Assembly: GCA_904063045.1 (NCBI GenBank)
Contig: CAJFCJ010000009.1
Span: 104,942-168,941, forward strand
Direction of reading: 5' to 3'
DNA: 64,000 bases
From: Dimorphilus gyrociliatus
Taxonomy: Eukaryota > Animalia > Annelida
In this document: positions 50,501 to 63,900 of the stretch, piece after piece
How the letters are laid out: each line of letters begins with the position of its first letter
Position numbering within the stretch: position 1 is the first letter of the stretch
Notes under the pieces: generated by a model
Databases searched by the model: none
Seen by the model: the letters and a program-made list of their open reading frames with translations, nothing else
Told to the model about the DNA's origin: nothing
Made by a program: the position numbers and the translations under genes

Positions 50501-53500
50501 GAAGAGGCCTCTTATCGGCCAACTCTATACATGGTCAATGATAAGGCTATATTCGGAGCACTGCACATAAATTATAGCATGTGCGTGTATGTCGACACAC
50601 ATCTTTATTCGTTTTCATATATATATATTATACGACCATAAAACGCTTTTATATACGCATATAGTACGGTCCGATATAGAAAGATAGTTTTATTGCGTAT
50701 ATAGCCTATAGATGAGAATAGAGCGACGCCGCAGCTGCTAACGAGTTAATAAGTAGGATTTAAAAGCCAAAAAGGCTGTAGGCAATAACAAACCTGCGTT
50801 TATCTCCAGACGCGGTAGGCCCATAATTTTCCTTTTTATATACGATACGCTTCCTACACGTACAAGCAGTAGGCTGATAATAACAGAAATGAGGCGACTT
50901 CAATCAGTGTCCGAAGCACTAATAACTTCCACGCACCAATCAGCAATTAGGCTCCACCTCTGCCTTTCGCTCAACACGGGTCAGACAAAATTAAGTCGTA
51001 TGCGCGATATAGCGAACTAAGGCGCCTCTGCTCTCTATAGGCAACGCATGAATAAGCGACGACGTTGTGTGTACGAAAGGACAAGAGGGATAAGACCTGG
51101 ATCAAACGCGCCGACGTCAAATAGACGCTATTGTGCCACAGATAAGAACCTTAGAAGTTTAGTGTAAAAACTTTCAAAATACTCTTTTTTTCCGACCAAT
51201 TTATGGCACCCGAGAGATCGATGAAACCCACTCTTGTATACACATTATGTAGTATACGGCGTTACGGGTATTAGCTAGGCCTAAATATAGGCGGAAGTGT
51301 GACGTCACTGACTCTGTTGGACTTCTCCAGTGGCGCAAAGTCGGAACGGTTGCGAGCTTACGCTCGCTCACTCTCGCCATGAATTGAATAAAAGCTCAAA
51401 TCTGTGAAACGGGGTTTTTTTTTATTATAACAAGCTCTCCTATGAAAAAAGGAATCAGGGGGTGAGGGTGGTATTGGGAGAGAAAGAGAGAGTTTGCTTG
51501 AATTCACTCGTTAAAAGAGCTACAAAAAGGTCATTTGCTCATTCGGCTCAGGCGACTTGACATTTATGCTGAACATACAACGCTGATTGCGTTCGGCTGT
51601 GCCTTTCACTGTCGGCGCTAAAAAAATGTTGGGCACATTTTACTAGCTTTTACATATTTATCCAGGCAAGAATGCGTAAAACGACTTTATAATGTTCATT
51701 CGATACATCGATGGGGTTTTGGGCACCTGTTCGAGTACTTTCGGCGTCACCGGGTCGACGAGCGTTTGTGCGAAGACCAAAGGTATTAAGGGGAGAAAAA
51801 AGGGAACCACACACAGTACCATAAAATCTGCTACTTTTTTCCGAACCGCCAACCGAGAGACCGAACATCACACGATCCGCCGCCATAGACCCTCCACGAC
51901 GCTTCTGAAGGAGCCGACCAACTAATTAGCATCTTCACTCCGCCTAATTACCGTTGGACGTGAAAGATGGCGAAGGCCGATAGACGCTTAAACACGGCAA
52001 GCACCAGTGACGTGTGGTGAAAATGAGAAGAACTTGTCTTTCGTTTATTGTCACGTGATCCGCCGGAGTCACGTTGATTTTGCTTGAATGGTGCTGAGTA
52101 ATAACGACGATTTGATAGCGACAGCTTGAACATTGTTTATTGAGGCATATGATGTATTAGAGCTGACTCGGATTAAACTCCGAGTTGTGAGCCACGAGGA
52201 CAAGGGAGTAAATTACGTAATAGTTCGTCACACTCAGCTGAACCCGTATAAGCGCCGTGTCCTAAAATCGGAAATTTACACAGAAAAAAAATTGTGCTGC
52301 ATGAACGATCAACTAGCAATAGAACGCTTCCTGCTCTCAAGCACAAACGCAAACATTCGACGGACTGGTAGCTTGAGATGCCTGACGAGTTTCGAACATC
52401 AGCAGGTGCGTGGTCGCCATGGTGCTGTCGCCTATCGCGATTACTACGAAGCAAAAATGACGATTTTTTTTTTCTTTTATCCATCCCATACCCAAAAACC
52501 CCCCTGCACTTGTTAAACGCACCCATAGAACCTAAATGAGACAACTACAGAAAGAAAAGAAAAAATCGTAAATCAATCTCACTGGGCGTCGTGGTCAAGA
52601 TAACGTCAAGTAAACTGTCCAAATTCTCAATCGTAATAATCACGGCGATCGATCACACATTCACACTGCACAGTATATAATCATACCGCTCACCGTTCAA
52701 TCAGACATGCCAACTGACCAAATTAGACAGTTCATGAGGGCTAACCATTGGTCAAAAAACTAGGTTTGATATCGTAGGCCTTTATCATGCAACCGCGTCT
52801 ATTATATTGAATTTTTTTTCCCTATATAATAACGCAATTCAATATACGAAGCCGTTGCCAACAAAACGCATATACAGAATGGTCTAAATATTGCAATTCA
52901 AACAGCCCGTTTGAATTTCTCCCTTCGTTTTACCATTTTTTCTATTATAGAATCTCTATTCTCGCTTTTTCTATCTTGGCACCTCAATGAAAAGGCTAAG
53001 AGAGCGAGAGAACGTAAAAAATGAAAAACCGTAAAGCACCCATCCCCTTTTATTTTTCTTTCGTTTACTCACATAATAGAGAAAAATTCTCATAAAAAGA
53101 CTCCCGCGTTAAAGAATTAACGATGGGACAGTTAAAACTAGGAATTGCTGACATATATAAACCCACCCAGTGCCTCGATATGCCGTCCACTTAATTGGCT
53201 CGTACAACAATACGCGAAAAGATGCGCGCTATGACCAGCGCTGAAGGGCATTTTTCTGGTAGGACAACCCTTCTTGGAGGCGGGGGGCGCGTGTGACACT
53301 GCGATAAGAGGACAGCCTAGGTCAGGTGTCGGATGGCTCGAGCGGTCATTAACGAGGAGAGGACTTAAAAATATTTCTTAAAGGCTTACCTATTTTCGCT
53401 GTTGGATGCGCCCAGGACGAAGGAGGTCCGTATGATTGACGAAGTTCATCTGATAAACGTCTAACTTCCTTTTCCTCCCTTTCGTTTGCGTTGCAGTCCA

Positions 53501-53534
53501 AATTTGGAGATGACGCAGTTGCTGCAGCTGGCAT
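47555..53534 (-). CDS. ETS1/2 (pnt): ETS1/ETS2/Pointed-P2-type transcription factor (PNT/SAM domain + ETS domain), ~455 aa
   Basis: Exons 53534-53390 (putative first), 49055-48675, 48615-48523, 48438-47915, 47851-47705, 47632-47555; total 1368 nt. MAPK site PPLTPGT, PNT domain ([19 protein letters not shown]), SUMO-type IKQE, and ETS domain [62 protein letters not shown]. Confidence 0.95.
51291..51308 (+). promoter_or_regulatory. ETS site (GCGGAAGT) abutting a full CRE palindrome (TGACGTCA) in ETS gene intron 1
   Basis: GCGGAAGTGTGACGTCAC read directly; both are consensus motifs. Function untested. Confidence 0.5.
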
Positions 53535-54085
53535 TTTTGCTCCTGCGTAAAGTTGAATTTCACGTTTCAAAGTTTTTCTCAGTAACTTTAAAGTTTTATT
53601 TTGCAATGCAATAGAGTAGAGAACGAGAGAAAAATGAGGAGAGCAAAGCAAGAGCTAAAAAAGAGAAGAGTCGAAGTACTTTGGCCGAGAATAAAGAGGT
53701 GCCTTATGGTAGCGTAAGTCGGCAAATTGCGATATGATCGGCGTAGTGGCGGCGGCGGCGTAAGATCATCCAAAGAAGTGCGCACGTACCGTTCGCCTTT
53801 TGTGAGCGGTTCACGATGGTTCAAATATACACTATGGCTTTTTCTACGACGTATAGTAGAATTGTATACTTGTATAAATATTATACAGTATACAAGAACA
53901 GTCGATGGCGAGAGAATCTAGGTCGTTCTGATGGTCGATGAGGAGTTTTCAAGCGTTCCAGACGACGTCTACTTTCCGTATGAGCCCGCTGACCCCGTGC
54001 ACTTCCGCCGTCGAAAAAGCGCGCGCCATCTCGCCTACCACGTGATCTCGACGACTTTTCTTACAACGCGCCATTCATAATATTT

Positions 54086-54099
54086 AAGTCACGTGACTT
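54086..54099. promoter_or_regulatory. Extended E-box / CLEAR-like palindrome AAGTCACGTGACTT upstream of the ETS gene
   Basis: Perfect 14-bp palindrome with a GTCACGTGAC core (USF/MiT-TFE type), ~550 bp upstream of the putative ETS ATG. Confidence 0.45.
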
Positions 54100-56161
54100 T
54101 TCTAAGCCAATAATCTTACGATCCTGATTTAAGTGAATGAAACGTTTTATTGAATATTCAGTAGCGTGGCGTCGATTTGTCCTATGCCATTCGTTTTATT
54201 TTGTTCATTTTTTTTTTCACTCTGCTATTCTGTCAATCATTTTATTTCCCGCACTATTTTCAGCTCGCGGTATATTTGCCGTACTTCCCGCTCGTTGCCC
54301 TTATTTTCTCTATCTATCTATCTATCTATATATCTCTCTCTCTTACCCTCTCATTCTTTTACTCCTTTTCCCGCTTCCCTTGAAGCGGCAATTGTGAGAG
54401 AGATAAGACCCATAGAATCGACAATGGGTTGAATGGAGTATACCGCCGCTAAATCAGTTTCTTTCGAAACTTTCACTTAAATATATAGTCGGCAGTCGGC
54501 ACACAACAAATCCTCTCCATCTTATCCGATGAAGATCGCAGAAAAGGTCTTAGAAACTTTCCCGAAAAAACCCATCTGTTAACGACTCAAGTGTATTTTA
54601 TATGCTTGGCATAAATTTACCCCTATTCTTGTATAGTTTAATATATGAATAAATATACATATTAGAACACTTGCAGTTTAAAAGATTGGGGTTAGTTGGT
54701 TTATCAAATATATATATATTTATATACATACACCATGCATAGGTATATTTACATTAACACTAGGCCTAGGAGCAAGATTTAAACTTTCGAACACGAAAAA
54801 GCCTATATGCATATAACGAGTCTATTTGCATTTCGAAGGCGCCAATTATACAAACGCACGACGCCATGAAAATATATTCAAGGCGCGAGGAGACGGCGCG
54901 TCGTTCTTTAAACAACGCCTATCGAATAACACCGAAATGTATAGGTATGAAAAATAGCAGCCATTTGCCTCTTCGAATCAACCGGCTCACCGAACCGGAA
55001 TGAGGAAGACGGAAGAGGAAAAGGAACAAGGAACAAACACAACATACAAAACATAGTGTTGAAGGCCGACGCCCGATCTTTTTTCACTTATTTGCTTAAC
55101 GGAAGTTGATTAAACTGTTTCAGTTCTGAATTATCGGATTAGGTTAGACCCTTTCGCTTGCACGTGTTCAATAGATTAAGAGCATATGCTAACTTAACAA
55201 ATATACAACCGCCTTTTTTACAAGCGACGCGTTCGATTTTCAGATATTATCTAAGGAAGTTGTAATCGTAGTTCATTTATAAAATAGATAACGGAATTGC
55301 ATCTACTCGTAATCTACTCTTTATCAAGACGGACAAAGGTGAGAACGAGGTGAATCGTGCGAGTTTTTTTTTGTCTTATCTATATACATATATCTATATA
55401 GCTGTTGGTTTATAGTGAAAAGTATATACAGCACACTTATGTAGTGTTAAATATTAAATATAGTACAAGATTTCTTAAGCTTCCATTACTTTCCTACTGA
55501 TAAAGTTTATACAAAAAATGAAAATAAGAGGGAAGAATTCTGTTCAAGTTTGGAAAGTAAAGTGACAAGGGCTGATTTGTCTCATTTAGCGAGATGATAT
55601 TGTACACAAGTTATACAAGGATTGCGTGACTGATGTTTATTATTTGTCTAAAACGGGCACCATAGAGCACGGGCACGCAGTATTATATTGCCTGACGTCA
55701 TCGCACCGTTAAACGACGCCCGCTTCGATAAACATCGCAAGATTGATTTTCTAGATGACAGAAAATTTTCACTCTATATTTATAATAATAATTGAAAGCC
55801 TATAAATATATTCGTTAAGCTATTACGTCGAAGTGTTTTAAGAGCGGTAATAGAAAAAAAAGCGCGCGAAAATAAATAGCAAGTACCAAATGTAATTAAT
55901 TATTTGTATAGATGATATATGTATGGTAATTCTCGCTCAATCATTCATAAACGAATAATTGAGGCCTACTGTGTCAATTGCACCCTCCTTAAAAGGTGAC
56001 ACAGAAGAGATGCGGAAGTGATGTAATATATAGTCGCCATGTTGACACAAGCCTCCCCAGAGGCGTTGCAGGGGACGAGAACGCGGAAATTTCAATGCAA
56101 AACATTTGCCCTCGCTTCGTTAGACCTACTGAAAAGGCAGGAAGTCTAGATGTTCTCCATG

Positions 56162-56181
56162 TATATATATATATATATATA
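56162..56181. repeat. (TA)10 microsatellite
   Basis: Read directly from the sequence. Confidence 0.9.
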
Positions 56182-59100
56182 CATTCAGTATTCTATATAT
56201 TCAAATATTGCGTTGCTTACTCGTTCTACAAACGAATTTTAATGTTGCCTATTGAATTTTATGCAGGTTAAGTTCTACTTTCCCATAAGTATACTTAAAC
56301 ACGATATAAAGTGGAGAGAATGATATACGCCTGAGAACAAGGAAGGAAAAAGCTGTTTGCATATCGTATTTAGTTCCCTCTAAAACGAGTTATAGAATTT
56401 ATATATTTAAAAAAATGTACATGCCCTATACTCTTATATTATGTATATTTAAGGCTTTTAAAGGATCAGAGTGGACAGGTGAACTGTCTTCGTTCGCCTC
56501 GATAGTACCGAAGAAAAGGCCTTAGGATAATGACGGCGAATAAAATTGGTCATGGCAAGCATTTATCACGAACGTTGAATAGGCGTCAATATTCACCGAT
56601 TACAGCGGTCAGTGAATCAAACTGTCACCCATCCACCCGCTTCGATGAATTTTTTCTCGGGCGTAAGCCGGAAGTTGACAATTAGAAATAATCTATTTTT
56701 ATTATATAATATACATTTATCGTAAAAAAAAATTTTCCTGATAAAAATCTTGGAAATTAACTGTTCAAGTGTGCGAGAAAGTAAGGAGAAAAAAAGGCGG
56801 TCTATTCAATTCCCTACTCGACCTATGAAGTAATCATTTAAACGTCCTGTAGCCTCTGTAGTCAATTCCCCGAAGGCTATATGATTTTATAGTAATTTCT
56901 CTCTACGGCAGTCTACTTTCAGCCGTGATTAATTACCGCTCTCACGTAAACGTTCACTTCCTAACTAAATAATATACGCTTGCACGCGCCCTCAAGAATA
57001 AAACGTTTTATAGGCCTACAACCTATATTTTAATTCTTGTATAACAGATATATATTTAGAAGTTTGAACAGATGGTGTGATTGCTAAGACCGTTAGATAT
57101 TGGTTTAAAAAAAGTAAAGAAAAAGACAATAAAACGTAAAAATATAGTTAAAAAGGCTAAAGAGAGATTAATAATAGAGCAAAATGCAGAAGAAGAAAAA
57201 AAAAAGGAAAAATGGTCGATGTATGGGACTGAGGTAAATAGAAAAATATAATATAGGACTTATAAAGATAGATTTTCTTTTCTTTCTATCCCTTCAACAA
57301 TTCAGTCTCTCCTTCTTTCTATCCTCGACTATTCGGTATTGTATCTTGTTTCTTTATTTATTTTTCTACCTATATTCTTATTATTATCCCTTTTTAAAGA
57401 GAGAATATTAAAACAAATAAATAACTGAAAAGGGATAATTTAAGCCAAGCGAAGCTTTATTCAAAAAAGAAATGGAGGGGCGGAAATAAAAAACGGGTGA
57501 GATATCGTTGGTAAGGGTTAGTTGTACGGGAGGAAGGTAGGGGGTAATAATTTATCTACTTTTTTTTTTTTGTAAATAAAAGTAGAAATGCATTGTGTAC
57601 ATGTTTAATAGGAAAACTATTATTACCTATAAGATATAACAATGGTATTAACGACATAAAAGCTTAAAAATATGTCAAATGTGATTTTTTTCTGTAAACT
57701 AGGAGTATTTTATTGTAGGAAACTTACCTTGTATTTTTTCTATTCGCATTTCAAAACGGTTACGAAGAAACTAAATATAAAACTAGAGGTTATTGGTGTA
57801 TATGTTATACATATATATTAATTATTGTCAAAGTTTTTGTCACTACAACGTTTATCGACAAATTTCTATCCATATACATAAATACTTACATATGGTACAT
57901 ACATTTATGCACTTATATACTGTACAATTAAATTTTTGCCTATACAAATGAAAAACTTAAGTAATACGTACGTATTTGGAGGCTTCGACTCGTTTTGCGG
58001 TGGCTATCATATCATTGAATCCTGTTTAGATCTCTGATATCATTGAATAGGAAAAAGAGTGGGAAAATATTTATGTTTCGGAGAATGTTGTTGTATATCG
58101 AACTCTATACGTATACAAGCGTTCATATACGACTAAATCAAAGATAGAATTGACGCTCAGCTTCGATTACGGTTCAATTCATTGACGACAACGAGTCGTA
58201 TTCACACCATTTTTTTATATGCGGGTTTTCATTTTATTTGCTCCAATTTACCGTAACACACGCCAATTTTCCGTATTATCTATTTAATGACTCTGACTTT
58301 ATAGGCTTAATAAGTTAACTAATTTTCTTTCTATTTGCAACTATCTGTATCAATTACCTTCAATTTTGACCAACATCGCCAAGAGTTTACTAGTTTCATC
58401 AATTATATTGTAATAAAAATTATTTTAATAAATTGCTCGACCTAGACTAAGGATAATTGGGAATTATTATTTATTGGCATAAAAGGTAGCGTAAGATGGC
58501 GCCATCATTCGGCGATGTTCATTTTATTCACTTCTGTATAAACCCATTTAGTATGTAAGACAGTTTATTATCTAAAAGTAAAAAAAAGAGAACAGCCGCT
58601 TCTGTACATTACCAAATTAGCTAACTGCAAAGGAGTACAATGCGTATTGTGTGAATTGCAGCCTCTTTCGGCACTTAATTGATCCTTTCCTACCGATATC
58701 GTTTTGTTTCTGACCCCGAGGGAATTCGATAATATCAGAAAATTCTTATTTTATACCGACTAAGCAGTTTTTATTATTATTATTGTTATTACTGTTATTA
58801 AGGAGTATAGAACTTTTAAGTTTTAACAGTAAACATGAAAGGAATTAACTTTTTCTGAAGGTATAAAGTTACAGAGTATAGAGTTATTCTTTCGAATTAA
58901 TTTCCGACAACGTACTTGTTCTCAACGTATCGTAAAAGATTGTCCAACAAAGGTACCTTTTTACGGCTTTATTGCAATCATGACCTTAAAACTTTTCTAT
59001 CTATCTCCGTATTAAGAACAAAATGCATAGCCAAATATTATATATATATACAGTATATACTGTATATGTAGATATTAGTGTTTATATCATTAAATAAATA

Positions 59101-60855
59101 TAAACACACATATATTTATGTATGCATATATACTCTACAGGAAGGACATAAAATATAGTTATAGATAAATAAGAAAAATAACAACTTGGCCTATATTCAA
59201 GAGATACGCTGTCGCGCGTACTTTTAAATATACTGCTTTCTACTGAGATAAAGTAACGTTGCTAAACCGAGAGAAGAGAAATCCATATACGCTATTTGCA
59301 AATACGAAATATTCCCTGTAACTCTCTCCCTCTCTTTTCATTCTCATGAAGCATTTTTTTACATATAAACGGCAAAAGCCATTTATGACTAAACCAACTG
59401 TTTCCCATACACTTTGATCATCTACTATATTTCCCGTATCTTAATAAAAAATCTCCAAGACGAACAAAATTAGGAATCATTAAAGGTTGTAGTGTTACAA
59501 CTGCCCCCTTTTTTATGGTTTTACCTTTCATTTCTATTTAAGTAAGTTAAGTGAATTTCTCGTTACTTGTTACATTATTAAATAGGAAATACACAAAAAT
59601 ATATTGCACTTGACGATAAGTATTTATTAGATTAAAAAAGAAACTTTTCCTATTCAATGAATTATTAATCGCCATCTGGTGGAAGTTTTTGTAATATGAG
59701 CGTCTAAGTGTGTACTTTCAATTCTTTTGTACGAATTAATAAACACCTAGTATTTTAAAACGTTCAAAATGACTAGATTGAAACGAAATTGATCTACAAT
59801 TACTCATCACTAAACAACTGAGATGATTGGATTGTTTGTCGCGTATAATTTTAGGGTTTCAATCTAGGACTTGTCACTTCTGACGATCATGTTTAAATTT
59901 CACTAAAGTAAAAGTATTTTTACGATTCGTCGCATTTAAGCACTATTCTCTCGCTAATTGGCCTTCCTTGTTCGATGAAACTCAACCGGCATGAGCCGGT
60001 CGACTTAGAATTAGCCACCGAGTATATAATAATGACGTAATAATTTAAAAGAGCTACCCGTTAAAAAGAAGTAAAGAAGAAGAGGATTAACCGTAATTTT
60101 AATAAGAAAGAATTAAATGCAATTAGTAAAGAATTTAATTCTATATTTCAATATAATTATATAATGGTTTTTTTTTGTCTTTTCCCCTTCCTTTTTCTCT
60201 TTCTAAATCTTAATTACACAAATCGTTTAACTTTCTTCTTTTGATCTTTTTCAAAGAATTTGTTACATGTCAAAAAAATTGATAAAAAGACATGAAAAAA
60301 GCATAAACTGTAAATAAAAATACGATATACGACCTGGTAATTGTTTATAAGGGTCATTTAATCATTTCTTTGTTAAAGAGCTAGCCATGCAAACAAATTT
60401 AAATAACCGTTGAAATATTTTTCGAACAATTATTCAAAGATTATTTTTTCATGATGATTTCAATTTCTAATCGATGAAAATAATGAAAATTATTAATATT
60501 TGCAATTTTATTTATTCTATTCTACTTTGAATTTATTATGTCTATTAGAATATATGCTAATATTTTGTATTTTAAGGAATTGTATACGCTTTTGGGAATA
60601 AAATACCATGGTGATTGCTCGCATGTTGGAAAGTCTAGAACGAAAATGGCTGACCTGTATAAACGATAGTGACCTCTGACTATTTAAGAAATCTTTTAGG
60701 AGTTGCTTTCGATTTTTAGAGAAATAAATAATGCATGGTATAAATACATTGGTTTTTGAATTTTAATTTGATAAAATCTATTAATAGCCGGATTGGAATT
60801 CCATGGGTATCCTCTTGATGACGAAAGTAGGCGGAATAGGATGCCATATTTTGTC

Positions 60856-60866
60856 CAAAATGGCGG
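60856..60866 (+). promoter_or_regulatory. YY1-type motif CAAAATGGCGG in the DMXL promoter/5' UTR
   Basis: Consensus YY1 site ~75 bp upstream of the DMXL ATG, in a locally GC-richer patch; typical of housekeeping transcription start regions. Confidence 0.5.
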
Positions 60867-60939
60867 ACAACAGAATTTGTAAGTCGGCGAAAATAACGAA
60901 AAAGAACGGCTTACTAGAGAAATCACCAATGATAGCATC

Positions 60940-63900
60940 ATGAATCGTCAGCAAATACTCACAGGAGCGGCGAATGATGGAGAACAGTCGTTCTCTGTCG
61001 GCTCTGTTGAAGGAACATCATTTTTGGTATAACCAATTGTTCATTGATTATGTTCAATCATTACTTAATACCCTGATCATTTATCTTATCATGTCAAATA
61101 TCTATAATTGTTTTATTATTTTTTAATTAAAGCATTTTATTGTATTTAAAGAAGTCGATTTCGCCTAACTGGTCAATTATCCTATTTTTAATGATTTATT
61201 ATTGTCATGAGAACTTGAAGAATTATATAGGCATTAAATTATTGCTTACATTAATATTTATGAGTGTCATTTCGCAAAATATCAGTCACTGTTCCTATGT
61301 AACTGTCCAGAATTAATTTACGACCAAAAGCTTTATTAAAGACAATTTTTCACAGGCTTACGCTGCGGGCTGCGACGTCGTTATCCTATCTTTGACTTTG
61401 AAAAGAGTACAAATAATTCCTGGAGATGAATTGGTGAGTTGTGTTGATGCTTGTGAGGATTGCGGTCGGATAGCAGCTGCCTATTCAACATATATTAAAA
61501 TATTTGAACCGTCACGTTTAATGCATCATGAAAATTCAACAGAGGTTTGTATTCTATTTTGTATTCTTTGGTGTCTTTCAAATTATATAATTGACTCATT
61601 TTGTTGATAAACTTGTCTTTTCTTAATATAGAGCTTTGCTCGTAAATGTTCCTTTTTCTAGGCTGTTAAATATCAATGGTCATACGGTGGTGTTTGCCAA
61701 TGCTCAGCTCAAGTAAATACCTTATCGTGGGATAATGAAGGCGTTCGAATTTTATCCGGAGGTGAATATTTACAATTGTGGTCTGCTCCCAAAAAGAAAA
61801 CTTGGTTCCAAGACGAAGAAGAAAAATCGAAAATGGATTGGATATGTGTTTGGCAATGTAAACCTTCCTCACCTATAGTATTAGTTCGATTTTCTTCCGA
61901 CGGCCTACTATTTGGTTCGATTTCTGCTAATGATAGACTAGTTAAAGTGTGGTATGAAAATAAAAGAGTATCTCCTCCTCTTGTTAGGGCTGATAGCCTA
62001 AGTCCTAAGAGGGAAGAGGTTCATTTCTCATTTGTGTATATTGCGCATCCTAGAGCCGTTACGTCTTTTTCTTGGAGAAGAACATCAAGACATATGTCAC
62101 GAGGAGCTGTTGCTAACGCTCTGTTAACTACCTGTGTAGACAATATCTGCAGAATTTGGTTGGAAACCGTCCTCCCCGACCATGGCTTGGTCGATGTTCA
62201 ACAATTAGAATCTGGAAATTACAATTCAGCTTCGGCCTTTCACGTTCACAGACATAGGCGAAGATTATTACAAAGAGCAACACACTCTGCAAAACATTGC
62301 CAACCACACGCCATAAGCCCATTACCTTCAACACAATCAGTTCATGATTTTCACAAGTTTGGAATTCATCCAAATAGCGTTGCTCCAGGCCTACATATGC
62401 ATTTAGCAGCGACTGTCACTCCAGAGCTTCATATAAAGCCAGCATTTCCTAGCAATTTCAGTTTTAACGTCCATTGGTTAAATAACAAAGAGTTGCATTT
62501 CGTAAAACATGCAGAAAATATTGTAACTGATCTCAAACAAACGGATGGTTCAGTTCCACAAACCCCTGCCGATACCGCATCAATAAAAAGCGTAGCTACC
62601 TCAACCGATGGCGATGTTGTTAGTACTTTAGATAGTAGAATAGAAAGTTTAATGAGAGAGTGGCATGAAAATGGGGATATGCTCATAGGAGTGCATCCTG
62701 TTGATGGTAATTTATCTTATTTATTAACCGTTAACAAAATTCTCATTATAATAACACTATTATTATATAGGATCGATATTAGTCTGGATCGTTGAATGGT
62801 TAGACGAATGTGCGCCCGGCTCCTTTAGGCAACCCCACGTAACTTTCTCCTTACAAATTCCCAACGCTTTACCAGCGCCGGACGCGGCTAGCATTTGTTC
62901 TCGGTAATAATAGAAATTTTTTTTGGCACCTTTACAAACAATATAACAAAAAATTATTATCCCTTTTTACCAGATTAATTCTGCTACCAGATTATACGTT
63001 TACATCTAGTATAAAAATTTTCTCTAAACACAACGATGGATCGATAAATGCTTGGAAGGCATCGGTTGCTGACGGGTCTAGATGTTCTCATATCTTGAGT
63101 GTTACTCATCAAGCTAGAGCGAGCGGTCACAGATTTCACACTAGTACGGCGGCTTGTCATCCCCTGTTACCTCTCCTACTGACTACAGCACGCTATTGTC
63201 CAAGCCAGGATATTGGTCAGAATTTATCCGAATTGATTCTATGGAGAGTGGACCCCGTTGGACCATTAGCCGAATCAGGAGGGCTATTAGAGTTAGCTAG
63301 AATAGATTCGCCCTCAAGAACTGCCTTTTCGCATGTGGCATGGCTGCCGAAACTTTTACCTTCAACGTCCTTAGATACTCATACAAATTCACCAGCTGCA
63401 ATGCTAGTTGTTTCTGATGGTTCTAAGTTAAAGTTGTGCTTGGCTGTTGTTGATGCTAGGGCCCTTCTATATATACCATCAAATAAAAAAAATGTCGACG
63501 TAGATGAAGTAGGTTTAATAGAAGACGAAGAGGAACAGGGTGGTGTGCCAATGAATTTAATATCAAAGCAGTCTACAGCTAGACCGGGTTGTATATTAGA
63601 ATTGGACGAAGTTGAAAAAGGTGACTGGAGTGATGTGGCTCTTGTTCATGCATTCGATGGTAACACAATGAACACAGAAGACGATGACGATATGTACATA
63701 GTATTGGTAAAGAAAAACGGCGAAGTATACATGTGGAGAGTTCATGTCGTTGCTCCTGGTAAGCAATACCTTCTTATTTTTTTAAGTATATACTTGAAGT
63801 CAGCGTAAGACGAAAAAAAACGCTGGCTAATGTTTCAATTTATAAATAACCTAATTCCCTAACTAAAACGCTAACTAAAGAGGCAAGTAAGCGAAAAATT

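Noticed and set aside
51650-52544. Overlapping 60-127-aa ORFs on both strands in ETS intron 1
   Set aside because: They are expected by chance in locally GC-richer regulatory DNA; no recognisable domain and no compatible splice chain.
56530-56685. 51-aa plus-strand ORF containing a GTAAGC donor-like site
   Set aside because: No downstream exon in compatible phase was found and there is no homology cue; it could be non-coding, but I cannot support it.
59602-59612. TATTGCACTTG, identical to the 5' part of miR-92
   Set aside because: The match ends after 11 nt and the flanks do not form a convincing pre-miRNA hairpin.
60696-60941. 81-aa minus-strand ORF head-to-head with DMXL
   Set aside because: It overlaps the DMXL promoter and start codon, with no coding signature or downstream exons.
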